This document shows positions 39,301 through 52,489 of a DNA stretch of 64,000 nt, piece after piece. The stretch's first letter is position 1, and each line of letters starts with the position of its first letter. The DNA comes from Amoebophrya sp. A120 (lineage: Eukaryota > Protista > Dinoflagellata), in the NCBI GenBank assembly GCA_905178155.1, contig CAJINV010000001.1, positions 16,244,142 to 16,308,141 on the forward strand, in the 5' to 3' direction. A model generated the notes under the pieces. That model was not told the DNA's origin, ran no database searches, and saw nothing but the letters and a program-made list of their open reading frames with translations. The translations under genes were made by a program, and so were the position numbers.

Positions 39301-40822
39301 TAGCACTACATAAAGGAGCACAAGGGAACTCAATCAATGGCGTTCAGAGGAAAGCACGTGGCTGACACTGAGAACGCGAGAACGCAATCAATAGCGTCTG
39401 AGCCGTGAGACCGCGAGAACGCAAACGGGCCAAGCGGCACACCCCCCCCAACTTCGCGCAAGGACCCTGCGAAAAGTCAACTGTTACTCGACCCCCGATG
39501 CAGATCCGAGGACCCGAAACTGTGGCATTGTCAGCACAAGATCCTGTACTTACTTTTAGCTAGCTTTGTTTCAGTCCTTGCGCGATCGATTTTGAACGAC
39601 TAAGATTTGCGTAGAAGAATAGTTTACCCAACACAGATTCTGTCAGTCTCTGTGGTCGTTTTAATCTTGCTTCTGTTGTCGGTTCTGGTACTTGCAAAGA
39701 GACGATCTCATGCTTTTTATTTTGTAAGTACGGGCTGGCGGAGGTGGGAGAAGCGCGCGGTAGTCCACCGAAGGAAACACTGCCAGCATCGTCCGCCTCG
39801 TCCTCGATTTTTGTGGTTTGTTGATTTGTTGGGACGAAAAGGAAAAGAGGGCCCCAGCTTCTTCTCTGAGACCTGCAAAGGCGCTTGCTAGACACTACCA
39901 CTCGCTCTTTCGGTCCTCAAGCTTACTGGGTTTATTGTAGTCGCGTAAGTATTAAAGGTAAAAGGTACGTGTGCGTCACAGTTGGCCTTGCGTCCTACTT
40001 ACCTAATGGGCCGAGAGTGCGGCTTCAGAAGTGGTGTTCATGTGCCGCATCACCATATTTACTAAAAATAATATTACGTAGCAGAACAGTGTAAGAATAA
40101 GTTTCTTTTCATCGTCCAGCTGAAACTGAAAGAAGACATTGAGTGAGACTGACTTTCAGGAGGAGCTGCCGTTTCCGTTTGGATCTAGAAAAATTACAAA
40201 ATATCTATCGGCTGACTTACTACATGTAATTCGACGCGCTGACGCTAGGCAGTCAGAGGCTGCGCTCACTCTGGCCTGGGCTAGCTACAGAAAGATAGAT
40301 CGTCCTGTCGGTCCACGAGCCACACAAAAAGTTTACTCCCGGCGACTTCGGTAAGTTTTCGTGACCCTCGATGAAAGCGTTCGGCCATGTTTCCGTTCTC
40401 GTACAGAACCAGAAGGTGAAAGAGAACCATAAAAGTGATCGGTTTTCGTCCTATCCGCCGATGCGATTCGTTTTTCTAAATGCTTGTTTTTTCTCTGAAC
40501 GCACCAAGCGCGTTAAGCTATTCTATACTTCGCTTTCGTGCCTTCCTATCTACTTTTCGTTCTAGGCGGCGAATAATCGTACTTTTTCCGCGCTGCGCTG
40601 CTCAGTCCTCTTGGAGAGCGATGATCTACTGAATTGATACACGCCAGGACCCATCCAAGACCCATTTTCGAAAAAAGTCAGAAAGTTTGTGTTACACGGA
40701 CTAGCTACGCACAAGGTATCCCCAGGCCTAAGAAGTACGTGTTTTGAAGTTCACCGCGCGTGGAAGCACATTTCATTTGCGTCATAAGTACCAGCACAAC
40801 TTCAGCAGCTTGAAGGGCAATC

Positions 40823-43800
40823 ATGTCATCTTCGTCGTCGTCCTCCTCCTCCTCTTCGTCATCGAGCTCGTCTTCCAGCTCAAGAACAGGATCTTCCGCC
40901 CCCGGTTTTGGGGGGGGTACGAAGAGCAGTCGCACTTCGAAGACCACTATCCACGGAAAAAGGCGGGCACTGGGCTGTGGCATTGCTTCAAATCTAGTCA
41001 TCGTGTGCTTCTTTTGCAACAGCATGAGGCAGACGAAGAAATTTGCTACACTGCTCAAACACAAACATAAAGTCCCTGCATAAAAAAAGTACGGCAATTT
41101 TCTCGTTCAAATGCCAACTCGAAAATCCCTCTGTCTAGAAGAAGTCTTGTCTACATGCAAGTAGTTCTCGTAAATGCCAAGCAAAACGAATATCCAGTCG
41201 CCTCGTGCTTTTTTCGATTGATACCCGGTAAGTCCTCCAGCACCTCGAATACCACCAGCAACACTTCCGGCGCACGCCGTCGCTCGGGAGCTGAACGAGA
41301 GCCGACCGAATACCGGGATAGTGGAAAGAGCAACGATGGAGCCCGCAGAAGTGACGCGCCCGGGGGCGGCAACAGATGGGGCTCGCGGGCAGCCGCTCCA
41401 GGTACTAGACGCAGCGCAAAGAAACTTTCTCGCTGCCTCTTGTTGTAGACTATGAATGCACTGGGCCCGCCCTTTTACTTTTTCTAGAAAATGAAAAACC
41501 TTCTAGCTGTACTTTTTACGTCCTTGTTGTTGATGTAAAAGCTCAAATAATAATCTCATATTTGTGGCTATTGCCGGCTTGGCGCGGCCGTCGGGCCTTC
41601 GGAGTCCATAATCAATTAATTTCTGAGAGCAACAGACAACTTGTGCAGTGCCCACCTTTATTTTGAACCGCTGCTCCTCCGTGTCACTATTTTCTCATCC
41701 ACCAGCATACTGCGGCCATTCATATTTCTTCGCTTTGGTTTTGCAGGTCAATACGATCCAACGGATGCGCCGGCGCATTTCGTGCCGTCCTACAGAGGCG
41801 AAGACGCTGGGGCGGTTCCGGCATGGAAGCAGGCGCTGAAGGCCAAGCTGTTAGCGTCCGGGGGCGGACTAGCAAAGGCGGTAGATCGGACCCCTCTGCC
41901 GGTAAGTGGAGCGCCAGGCGCAGCACCAAATCAAGCATCCGGCGGAGCGCCGAACGAAACAACCGTGGGCGCATTCGCCGCAGCGCAAGGTAGAGCCTTT
42001 GGCGGACCACAAGGCGCACCGGAAACCGGAAGTGCGTTCCGGCCCCCGAGTGGAGCGATCGGCGCCGCAGCTACGGCCGGCGGACCAGCTCAAGCTCTGG
42101 ACCCTGCTCGTAAATCGTGGTTGGAAAACATGACGGTAGCGGAACAGGCAGCCAGCATGGCCCGTGGCGATATCGGTGCGCGCGAGATGAAGACTGGGGT
42201 GACACGCGCTGACATTGTCAAGTACCAGGATGAGATTCGGCAGATCTATCCTGGCAAGGGTTTTGCTCATGTCAAAAGATGTTGCTGTCAGGTTCTGCGA
42301 AGATTATATTCCAGTAAGTTTTTACATAAACAGATGAAGGTCCGGGATTTCAGTGGCAGCTTGTCGCTTTGCATTTTCAATACGTCCTACAAATAAGTCT
42401 GTGCTGTACACAAGTCCAACATCAGCGTGATGTCGATAGTTATTGTTTTTCGCCCTCGGCTTTCAGGAAAGAAAATGCATGTGGTCGAAGAGTCTTCATC
42501 TGGTCCAAGCCAGGACGGCGCGTATTTTGTAAGACGCGTAACAAGTACCCCGTATGCACATCTTGGACATGAGAGCATTCTTTTTTTGGATGCCTTCGGG
42601 TTTGATGACTCTCTGGCTTCGCGCCGGCGCACTGCGCCCCTCACACCTCAGCAGGAAGAGCGTCTGAAGCAGGCAGATGCGGTGGACGGGCCGGACGTGA
42701 AGGTGACAACTGATGTCATGCTGCTACCCAAGACCGACAAGTTCGTGTGCGTCCGCACTTGTGGCATGATCCGGGGAGACAACTTCAACAGCGACTATGT
42801 CCTGAAAATCGCTGCAGGAACGAAAGTTGTGCTCCGTCGTACCAAACCACAGGGCTACGAAACCAAAATCGCGAAGAACCTGATGTTTCTGCCGATCACG
42901 GTGGCCAGCCGTCATCAGCCGGACTTGGACGGGGAGATCGGTTGGGTCCCGTGGGCCGCCTTCGCCGATGACGACTGGGTTCCGACACCTCGGGACCATC
43001 CGTCTGTTGCTGGTGCGCCGTCCACGGGCAAGCTGCCCCCTGCTGCGGACGACAAGTTCCGCGGCATGGGTGTACGGATCGTGTATGAAATGGAGAAGAT
43101 GCGGGCAGACGCCAAAATGCAGCAGGCCTCGGAAAACGAGTTCTATTATCTCGCCGAGGTGTCCGGGGACAATGGAATCGTGCAGGTGAAACTGGCCGGG
43201 CAGCCTCGGTACAAGATGGGCGTCGCTGGAGAGTACAGTGTGGATGCGCTGGAGCTCGAAAAGCAGGCCGTCGAGCGGCTGCCGCTGGACCACAAAGAAT
43301 ACTATCTGCACATGCTGGAGTGGCTGTCCCAGGGAAAAGACATCAGCGACAAGCAGCGTATCTACTTCGAGGAAATGCAAGAGGCGCTTGAGCTGATCCG
43401 CGCCGCCATTTGGGCGGAGGGCGAAAAGCAGCGTATTCTTGTCAAAGCAGCCATCGCAAAGATGGAAATGGACGCCACGCACCTGCCTCGGCACAAGGGG
43501 GCACTGTACTCAGCAAAGAAGCTTGGCAAGCAAGGCGTTGAGTTGATGAACATGACTCCGGAGATGCGGACTCTGAAGATTGGCGGTACGTTTTCACCCC
43601 GTGAGATGGAAGAGACATTCACCCCGCGGGAGCGCGACAACGTGATCGCAAGCGCGTCGCTACTCGCCGAGCCCATTGACGCAAAGATCGAACGTCTGTC
43701 GAAGATTGAGCGCAAGCCCTCCCGCGAGATCTTCCACACGTTTCGATTCCAGCAGCCTGGTACAATGTATGTGAACAACAAGGTTCCACCTAAGGCGAAC

Positions 43801-45079
43801 GTTGCGCTGCAGGTGGGGCGCCCGAACGAGATGCCGCCGGCGGAACGTATTATCTCATGCCTCCCGCTTGGGCACTACGAGGGCGTGTATATGATGAACA
43901 AGGGTTACGAAGACGTGTTTTGTTTGTGGCACTTGAAGCTGCGCAGAGCGTCTCGAATGTCTCTTTTCGTGTACGTGGGAGTTGCTAAATACATGCGCCG
44001 CCTACTGTTCAAGGGTATGTTTTACTACACCGACTACGGCGCGGAAGTTCACTTGGACGAAGCGTCAGAGACCCCGCTGCGGTTGGAGACTCGCACGGAG
44101 CTCTTCGACGACCTGCGCGCCAATTTTCCACCCGGCCAGCTGGATCGATTTCTGGCACTTCCTGCGATAGACCGCCGGTTCAAGAAGGCCATTCGAAAAG
44201 CGCGGCTTGATTGGTCCATTGCTACCACCGGAAAAGTGCCGACCGTGTTCGGACCCAGCGATCGCACCGTGCGCGAGGTGAAGGATCCTGCTGTAAGATG
44301 AGAAAACGCATCTAGAGCAAATTAAAGCGGAACTGCAGCCAGGAGCATGTTGGTCATGATTTGATGTATACTCAGGTTCACCAAGTAAAAAGTTGATTCT
44401 GGACATCCGTCGTTCGTTCGATGAGATGTAGTTGGTTGGTCTTCGAAAATTGGCAAGCGAGGCAATGAGATAGCTGCAAGTACTTGTGAACATTCAAGTG
44501 AGCATCATGTCAGCTTTGCAGGTTTATGCAGGCGTGCTATGTGCCTGCTACCCAGGCGCAAACAAGCTGTTGTGTCTTTGATTTTGCTTTTGCGTTCTAT
44601 AAAAGTGGTTACACGAGGACAAGTCGTCACCGACTTTAGTGCAGTACGTTGCGCACACCGTGAACAATCAGGCCTCTTTACCGGATGCCAGCTTCCGCAT
44701 GCCCGATTTACCGAACTTGCCAGGCCGCAAAAGCCACTTCCGGGGCACGAAGATCGAACGCTCGTCAGGGCGTGCTTCTCAGACAGTACCTGCCGGAGAC
44801 GCCGGTAAGGGAGCTGCGACTTCGTCGGACAGCGACTCCAAGAAGTCGTCCAAGTCGTCGGCAGCAGGATTCGGTGGAGGAAATACTTCCGGTTTCAGCG
44901 ACAGTGGCAAAAGTAACACAACCTCGGGCTTCAGTGGTTTCGGTACTCAGGCCGCGCCAGCGTTTGGCCGTCAGACTTCCGCTCCCGGTTTTGGAGGCGG
45001 AAGCAAAAGTGGCACCAGCAAGACAACCTCAAGCAGTAGCAGCAGCAGCAGCAGTAGTTCCTCTTCGGACTCCAGCTAG
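40823..45079 (+). CDS. Large 5-exon protein with poly-Ser termini and a possible SH3-like domain
   Basis: Exons about 40823-40955, 41228-41401, 41747-42259, 42599-44292, 44645-45079; long open frame with GC-rich codon usage; YVLKIAAGTKVVL...DGEIGWVP resembles SH3. Confidence 0.65.
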
Positions 45080-46543
45080 AGGAACCATGATAGTATCCAT
45101 TCCATTGCGGTCTCGAGGTCCTCGCATAGTTGTTATCGATGCTTATCTTACATTATCTTTTCAGTCTTTTTTCTCGAAACCACGTCACCTACAAAAAGTG
45201 CTAGACTTATTTCGATAGGATTCATCTAAAGCTACAAATATCTCTGTGACAAAATGCAAGAATACTTACAATACATCGGCGAACTGGTAAAATCATTCAC
45301 GTAACACGCGTTTTCCATTTGATCTTTTACTTGTGACACACACACAGACACCTTTTTCACCATTACAATTTTAAAGTCTCCCGACAAGGCACAATATCAA
45401 CCCTCTCTGATCTTCGACATCCATGAATACATGCTCTAGTATAGCTCGTGCTTCTTCTTTCGCACTCTCAAAGTCAAACCCAAATATCATGCACACCGAC
45501 GATTTTAATTAAGGTATTTTGGCCTCCGTATGAAAGAAACGACGCGACTCTAGTCCCCAGAGTCGATCTTTTTTTCGCATGACGCTTTGCGGATTCCCGG
45601 GCGCAATTTGCCTGTACTCGTTTCTTCACCCCATTGCCAGCTTCGATGTCATAGTCATTGCCCCATTCGCATTTTGCAGAGCTTTTGATCTCAACTCTTT
45701 CCCTAAACAAAGCGCAATCCATTTGTTGAGTGTTTGAAAATGGGCACATCATCAAATTTAGAAATTTGAAATCCAAACTGCCTGGTAGATGATTATGATC
45801 GTCAGGCGTTGTTCATTCTGTCCATGTTTTCTTCGTCGCGACGCAGTGCTCGGAGTTGAATTCGTAGTCCCTCTTTTGGATGAGGAGTTCTTTCGGTACA
45901 TTTATGACGAGATGTTGTGCAATCTGTGATCGAGCAGCGGAAAATTTTTTAGTCCAAAAAATTTAATGATGGTATTTCGTTTTGAGCACCCCCGCCTTGC
46001 TGGCAGCTGAAATTTTTCGCTACCGATCTATCCGTTCCGACGCACGAACAATCAAACTTTTGATTCTGATTGTAGGTCGTTTTCCGCGGTCGCATAGTCG
46101 AAGGTAAACAGCGCGCTCACAGCTCCTCAGTGATCCATCCCTATGTTGAGCAATCCGAGAATTAGTATCCGGTCGGTAATGAAAAGTGTTGATCCCCCAA
46201 ATCTGCTCAAAGTGATGCAAGGTAGCTGAAACCGGTTCTTTCGTCTACATGCAGCTACATTGCTGCATTTGAAAATTAGAGATGGAGATCCCAATCAGCG
46301 CTGTAATTTAAAAAGATCAGAATGGATGGTGTGTTCTAAATGTGCCGATCCGGATGCATATGAGAAGCACAGCAGTCCTACTAAAATGCCAAGCGATCTG
46401 ACATCTGCAATGTCGTTCCGTGGCAATTCCCCCCTTAAATTTATATTTCGGATGTCGTATTTTGCAAACAGGGACGCGCTCGAGTTAGTAGTGCTTTTAA
46501 GTAGCGTCAGTGCCAGTAGGATTTTTCCAACAACACATCCAAG

Positions 46544-47634
46544 ATGTCTGACGATAATCCGATGCGCCAGATTCGGGTCGAGAAACTGACCCTCAATATT
46601 TGTGTCGGCGAATCTGGGGATCGTCTGACGCGTGCCGCCAAGGTTCTGGAACAGCTGACAGAGCAGCAGCCCGTCTTCGGGAAAGCCCGCTTTACCAACC
46701 GCAACTTTGGTATACTTTTTGATCACGAAATTTATAACGCATTTTCGTGAGTACTAGGAGCGCAGACGTGATAGCGAGTTCGTAACTTGAACTGTTTTTC
46801 AACTTTCAGCACTTCGGCGAGTGGATTCTGGACCGGCCGAGAATTTATATTTGTGTCGTGAGTGTTGAGAATGAAGTGGGTGAAGTGGAAAAGTGTGCGG
46901 CAATTGGAAAAACAGGTATCCGTCGTAACGAAAAGATCGGGTGCAGCGTGACCGTCCGTGGCGAGAAGGCCGAGGAGATTCTGGAGAAGGGCCTCAAGGT
47001 TAAGGAATACGAACTGAAGAAGCGCAACTTCGCTAAGAACGGATCATTTGGATTCGGCATCTCGGAACACATCGACTTGGGCCTCAAATACGATCCATCC
47101 AGCGGTAACTTTGATTTAATTTGGAAATTGCAAAATTTGGGTTAATCTGTGAGTTTCCCATCTAGAGTGTCGGCGTTTGTCTTTGTGAAATGTTCATAGG
47201 TGGCCTCGACTCACTCTAAGCAAGCACATCGGTCACTGTCGATAGCAGTGTACCCAGCCACAGCATTGCGTGATATTTTTGACGACCTTGAGTGACAAAT
47301 TGCCTGCATTGCGTTGCGGTGTAAAATGTCGACTGTTGCCTTCAAATGCGATGGTTTACTTCAAATTTGTCCTTTGACCTGCACAACAAGCTCTGAGTCC
47401 AAGCTGCTTTTGACGGAAAGAGCCTGCCTGAGCTATCAATATAATCGGATCCAACAATATTGTACAGGTATCTACGGAATGGATTTTTATGTCCAATTGG
47501 CGCGCCCGGGTGGCCGCGTCGCTCGCCGCCGCAATCAGCAGGCCCGCGTGGGCACGAAGCATCGTTTGACCGCCGACCAGGGCATGAAGTGGTTCACGCA
47601 GAAGTTCGACGGTGTTGTCATGGACAAGGAGTAA
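46544..47634 (+). CDS. RPL11: 60S ribosomal protein L11 (uL5), 3 exons
   Basis: Exons 46544-46709, 46916-47104, 47468-47634 with GT-AG introns; [54 protein letters not shown]. Confidence 0.97.
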
Positions 47635-48308
47635 GGAGTTGAGCCCCTGCTATAAAGAAACCGGCATGATGACACACTCCACTCACGGTGTCGATGCGAA
47701 TGATAGCGCATTTGCACGAAACTTCTTTCTTGCCTCCCTCTAGGGCATGGAACACAAAGATGCCTATCGCGCATTGAAACAAAACCCAACTGAACTACTT
47801 TGCAATCGGCTACTACTACTCAAAGAATGCCTTGTGCTGTGTCTACCGCGCAAGATTATTTTGCCATCCCTTCGGGACGGCCGCGCGAAATTGAACGAAG
47901 TCAAACGTGCGTTCATGTGAGGAGGAACTCGATTTTAGTTGGTATCAGTCTCGGTCCAGATTGCGCTGCTCCGTGCAAGCAAAGAGCATACGTCTGCTTC
48001 CGTGTGAGCTTCTACCTCGTCTCATGCGCTGCAAATCCCCCAGCATGTTGCCGTCACGTGAGGACGAAGCGGACTCAGGCGTTGAGAGGCAAGCTGCTGT
48101 ATGAGAGAGAGTGGTGTTGAGAATTTTCCAAATGAGATTCCGTTCGGGGCGGAAAGTGCCTGAGTTGTAAGACGTCCGTCGATCATGGGCGTGGAAGGCC
48201 GCAACAGCCGAGTGTCATGAACTGTCAGCGACTTGTTTTTTGGAGATAGCTACTCTGCTCATTGCCTAACTTAGTATTACCACACCGGCCGAAGGAGACA
48301 GGATAGTA

Positions 48309-49263
48309 ATGTGCCCCGCATGGCGCAAAATTCGCGTGCTGGCTGCCGCCTCGCGCATAAGCGTTGCAGCCGGGATAAGCATCACCGCCGCCCCTGGGCA
48401 AAGAGGGAGAGGTACACAACCTCTGAAGACAGGAGTGACCATGGTATCGGTTAAAAAGGAAAGTGCAGGCGAGTGTACCTGCGTGAACCAAGGCGCCGAC
48501 AAATTTACGGCACCGAGCTCCGGCGCGGCAAACGAGATGTGGTTGAGAGCTATCTCCAGCTGAAGTATCTCATACCCTTCAAATACTCAGTACCTTCCGC
48601 GAGTTTTGTGGACGCACGTGTAAATGTTGTATCGTAATTCTACACAGAGACAGATACGGATACCGTAAGTATTCTTCTACGATCTGTTGCAGAAGGTGGA
48701 GTGTTGGATACTGGGTAGATGCCATGCGATGCTCTCAAATTGCATACATTCCGACGGTAAAGGAACGGCTTATGGTGAGACCTACGCAGTTGATTTCGGC
48801 GGTCCAAAGAACTACGGCGAATATTGCTTCGCGTGGGACGACGACTGTGACGGCGGTGTATGCTCAGTGCGTTTATAGGGAGTGGTAAATCGCGAGGCTT
48901 CTCTTTCTCAGTAATTTATTAGGGCGACTTTCGAAGTCCTTGTTTAGCAAGCACCAAGCGCCCAAAACAGGACACCAGCCCCTCTTAAAAAGCAGCATAC
49001 AACTCATGCTGTAAATTTGCAGGACGAGGAAGAGGCTACCATTGTCTTCATCAGTAGGGGAAGTGTGAAAGTCCACTGCAGTGGCGAGACTGATACTACA
49101 TATTGTCTGTATTGACTTTATAGTGTCTTGGACTCGGTACAACATGTTGATGCTCATCATCTTGTTTGTCCCTCTAGAGTAATGGAAAAGGGGCTGAGCC
49201 TGCGTCGTCGCGCGGACTCCTTCACTGGCGCTTTCCCTAATTGGTTTATTTGCAGTCGATAAT
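48309..49263 (+). CDS. Putative small Cys-containing protein (multi-exon, uncertain)
   Basis: Protein-like segments GECTCVNQG...MWL and GTAYGETYAVDFGGPKNYGEYCFAWDDDC; splice sites not resolved. Confidence 0.3.
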
Positions 49264-51239
49264 GAAAATCCGGCACCAAAGCGGAATGTGCCATCGCAGC
49301 CGACAAGTGCGCGGACGCCAAAACATTCGAAGATCCACGCAACACTACTTGCTATCACCCCTGGTGCTTTATCAGGTATGAATAGTGCCGCTTTTGAAAC
49401 TTTCGCCTCCCCCCGGGTGGCAATGCATCAGCTACAATCTATTAATCTTTTGGACAGTGCGAATTTTTCCAATGTATCCGTTCATCGATCGCTTTTTTCA
49501 GTCCACCGAGGCGGACCACATACGGGCGAAATCGCTTGTACCCAGCAAGGGAGGATAAGGCTCCCAGGTATCCCAGAAACAGGGCGCCTTGCTATCTGTG
49601 CGCGCACTCAGCATGTAAGTCGTAAAAGTATAGAAATTAATAGCGTGAATGCGTGAGGCCTACAGGAGTAGACAAAAAAGACCAAAAGACAAGATATCTT
49701 TCCGGGATGTCGTGTCTTGGGTCTGTGGACTTTTACCGGCCGCCCTGCGTTCGAATTTTTTGGCGTCCGTCCTGCCGACTTTTTCTTGATGCCCGCCTTG
49801 CGGATTTCGAGTTCGGACATTTTTTTCGTATTAACTCCGAGGGGTTGCAGTTGCTCTTGCTGCGGTGAGCAATATTAAGTAGAATAAAGCACGAAGAAGC
49901 AGAATACTCGCAAAGCGCGCGGACTTCTGGCGACTGCCAAAATTGCTACCGGGAACTTTCTTGGAAACTGCAATGGGAGCTAAAAGTGATCGCCTTTTTC
50001 CCGAGTTTAGAAAATATGTAGCGCCACCTGGTCTGGCTACTCTTTTTCGCATTTTGATTTTCCGGGTGTTTGGATTTCCTCTTGGAGTCATGCGTAAAAA
50101 GTGGAGCCGTGCAGAGACGACTGGCATGGCCGAGCGCAGGGACAATCATGACCCGGCCTAGGGATTAGCATGGCCACTGCGAATGGATTGGCGTGGTCGC
50201 GGCCGTGATATAGAGAAGACTAGCGTGGCTAGGACGGGTGCCGTGCCCGCGGCATTGTAACTGTGGTCGCGCCGCTGAACCCTTGAGCCCACAGCCACAC
50301 TTGAGCGACGTAGTCTTAGGCAGCTTAGCCCCTGCGCAAGCACGGCGCGCGCAAGTAGGGAGGTGCAGCAAGTTTTTGTGGTTGGACTCGAGTCCACCTC
50401 TTTTCCCCGCATCCATTCTCACCTCTGTGACCCATAAGGCGGACAAAAAATGTTGAAGTGTGTGCTGCGGAATTTGGACTGCGCATTCTCGTCCAAGACC
50501 CGTCTGTGGACAGCATTGCAGTGCGAGGGCGTGGCCTCGTTGGTGACTCCTCCGACAGAGGTTCCCATTAGTACGCCCATTTTGCCTCAGCGTTGTTTTA
50601 TTTCCTTCTGCTTAGCCGAAGCGGTTCGGAGAGCATTTGCCTCGAGCCGAGGCTAGTCAGATGGATCCTTCTGTCTGCGACGTGCATTCCTTGTTGCCTG
50701 TGCGCCGGGTCCGTCACGCCCGTTGGCTCCTCGAATTTATCGGTTATTGGCCCGGCTTTCGTGCGTCCGTTGCCTTGGCCTGTGCCTCAGCGCGTTGCAC
50801 CTCCAGCTTTGGGGGCTGTTTGGCTGACCATCGTGTGTGCGCCGTTACCCCTCCGACGAAGATGCCGTCCACAATACTTAGGCAAACCAAACTCGGGCCT
50901 TGTTTTGCATACATGAAGAATCATTGTCACCGGCATAGTCGTGCCGGCTTCTTGATTAGAACGCAACATGGAAAATACTCATTAGGGCGGCCAGCGCGGC
51001 AAACGGCGCAATCGCCCAGACTGGCAACGCGACTACTGATCAACCACAGTGCAGCAACTATTCATTGCAGCGAGTTTCTCTGGTCTGGGTGTTCCATTTC
51101 TTGTCTTGGACATGTCGTACGGCAGCCCTCGAGTTTCGTCATATGTTGGATATGCGCCCACCCTTCGTATCGAACCCACCCTGCTTCGTATCGATTTTTG
51201 AGGGATGGACTTGTGTCACCCTTTTTTTCTTCGACGGAC

Positions 51240-51572
51240 GCGGACGGCGCACTGTTTTATTTAAGTGAGCCAAAAACGAAACAAGAGCATGCTGAAGCTG
51301 AGCTTGTTGCTTTCGCGCAAGTTCTTTCCAACGACTCCTGTTATGCAACAGATACCGGTGTTGATGATAACTTGAATGACCAGAGATTTCGCTGCAATAA
51401 CGATATCAACGCCACGGATATGTTTCTCACTGAAATCTTCGCCGGCATCAACGGAACCAAAATGAACATCTGGCGTTCGTTCGCATTTTGCATCCCCCCG
51501 CCATTAGACATCTCATCGGGCGAACCCGAAAACGATCAGCTGGGACCAGGCGAACAAACCTTGCCCCCCTAA
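51240..51572 (+). CDS. Probable terminal exon of a hypothetical protein
   Basis: 3' part of the 311-aa ORF reads protein-like (ADGALFYLSEP...FAFCIPPP); upstream exons not resolved. Confidence 0.35.
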   Translation, partial: ADGALFYLSEPKTKQEHAEAELVAFAQVLSNDSCYATDTGVDDNLNDQRFRCNNDINATDMFLTEIFAGINGTKMNIWRSFAFCIPPPLDISSGEPENDQLGPGEQTLPP

Positions 51573-52137
51573 GCGCAACATGGGCGGAGAGGAAGTGTGA
51601 CCAAGCAGACAGCAATAAAAATTGCGAACAATGTTGCCCCTAGTGTCAAGCGAGACGATATCCATGACTGCAGCCAAATCGATATCTTAGGGTGGCAACA
51701 TCTTCATGTACTTAGTAATACTGTTTCTGGTGATGCAGCACTTCAACCACACTCGCAGTGTCAGTCACTCATTTTTTTCCATGTCCGTCCTCAAGGAGAC
51801 AGACATGCATTTCATGTCCACCGAAGTTAGCGCCCCTGCCTTTGCCAAGCATAAGGTTGGTAGCTGCTTTAGTTTTAGATAATGCCAGAGTCAGTCATGG
51901 TCGTAAGAACGAAAATAAAAGCAACACACAAATGTTACTTCTCGCAGTCGCCGCGCATAAAATATTTGATTTTTTCTAGTGATTGTAGAAAAAATCAAAA
52001 ATAGGTAGAAAAAATCAGAAAGAGAAAAAAGGAGAAGAAATAAGAAAAAAGACATCAAGAGAAAATCAAACGAGAAAACACAAAACCGGCGATTTTTCTC
52101 ACAAGAGACACACGCCTCGTTTTGATTTTTTCTACAG

Positions 52138-52284
52138 ATCTGGTTGGTTCACCACTAAAACGGGCGGCGTTTCTCCAGATCTTGGTGGTGACCGGTTGAG
52201 ACACCGATCGCCAGCTACTTACAAGCAGGAATATAGATAGTACGTTAGACAGTCACTCGCTCGCCTAAAGAAGCGAGCACACGA
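52138..52284 (+). mobile_element. SINE-like structured retroelement, copy 2 (shorter at the 5' end)
   Basis: 16-bp DR TTGATTTTTTCTACAG at 52122-52137 and 52285-52300; same terminal CAGTCACTCGCTCGCCTAAAGAAGCGAGCACAC as copy 1. Confidence 0.7.
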
Positions 52285-52489
52285 TTGATTTTTTCTACAG
52301 CTGTAGAAAAAATCAAAAAGCGCCCATCCGAATCCGAGAGAAGCGAGAAAATGGCAAGAACTCGAGAAGTTCTCGCTTTTTCTCGAAGTGTTCGCTTTTT
52401 CTCGAAAGTCTTCTCGTCCCGCCCATTCGAGGCCAACGGCCGAAAATGTCCAAAATACTGTAGAAAAAATCAAACGCCTCCGGAGAAAA

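Noticed and set aside
36097-39901. Possible minus-strand genes (signal-peptide-like MKILGSSLLAVSLHTGAHA; coding-like pieces at 38.1-39.9 kb)
   Set aside because: Too fragmentary to define; no homology recognised.
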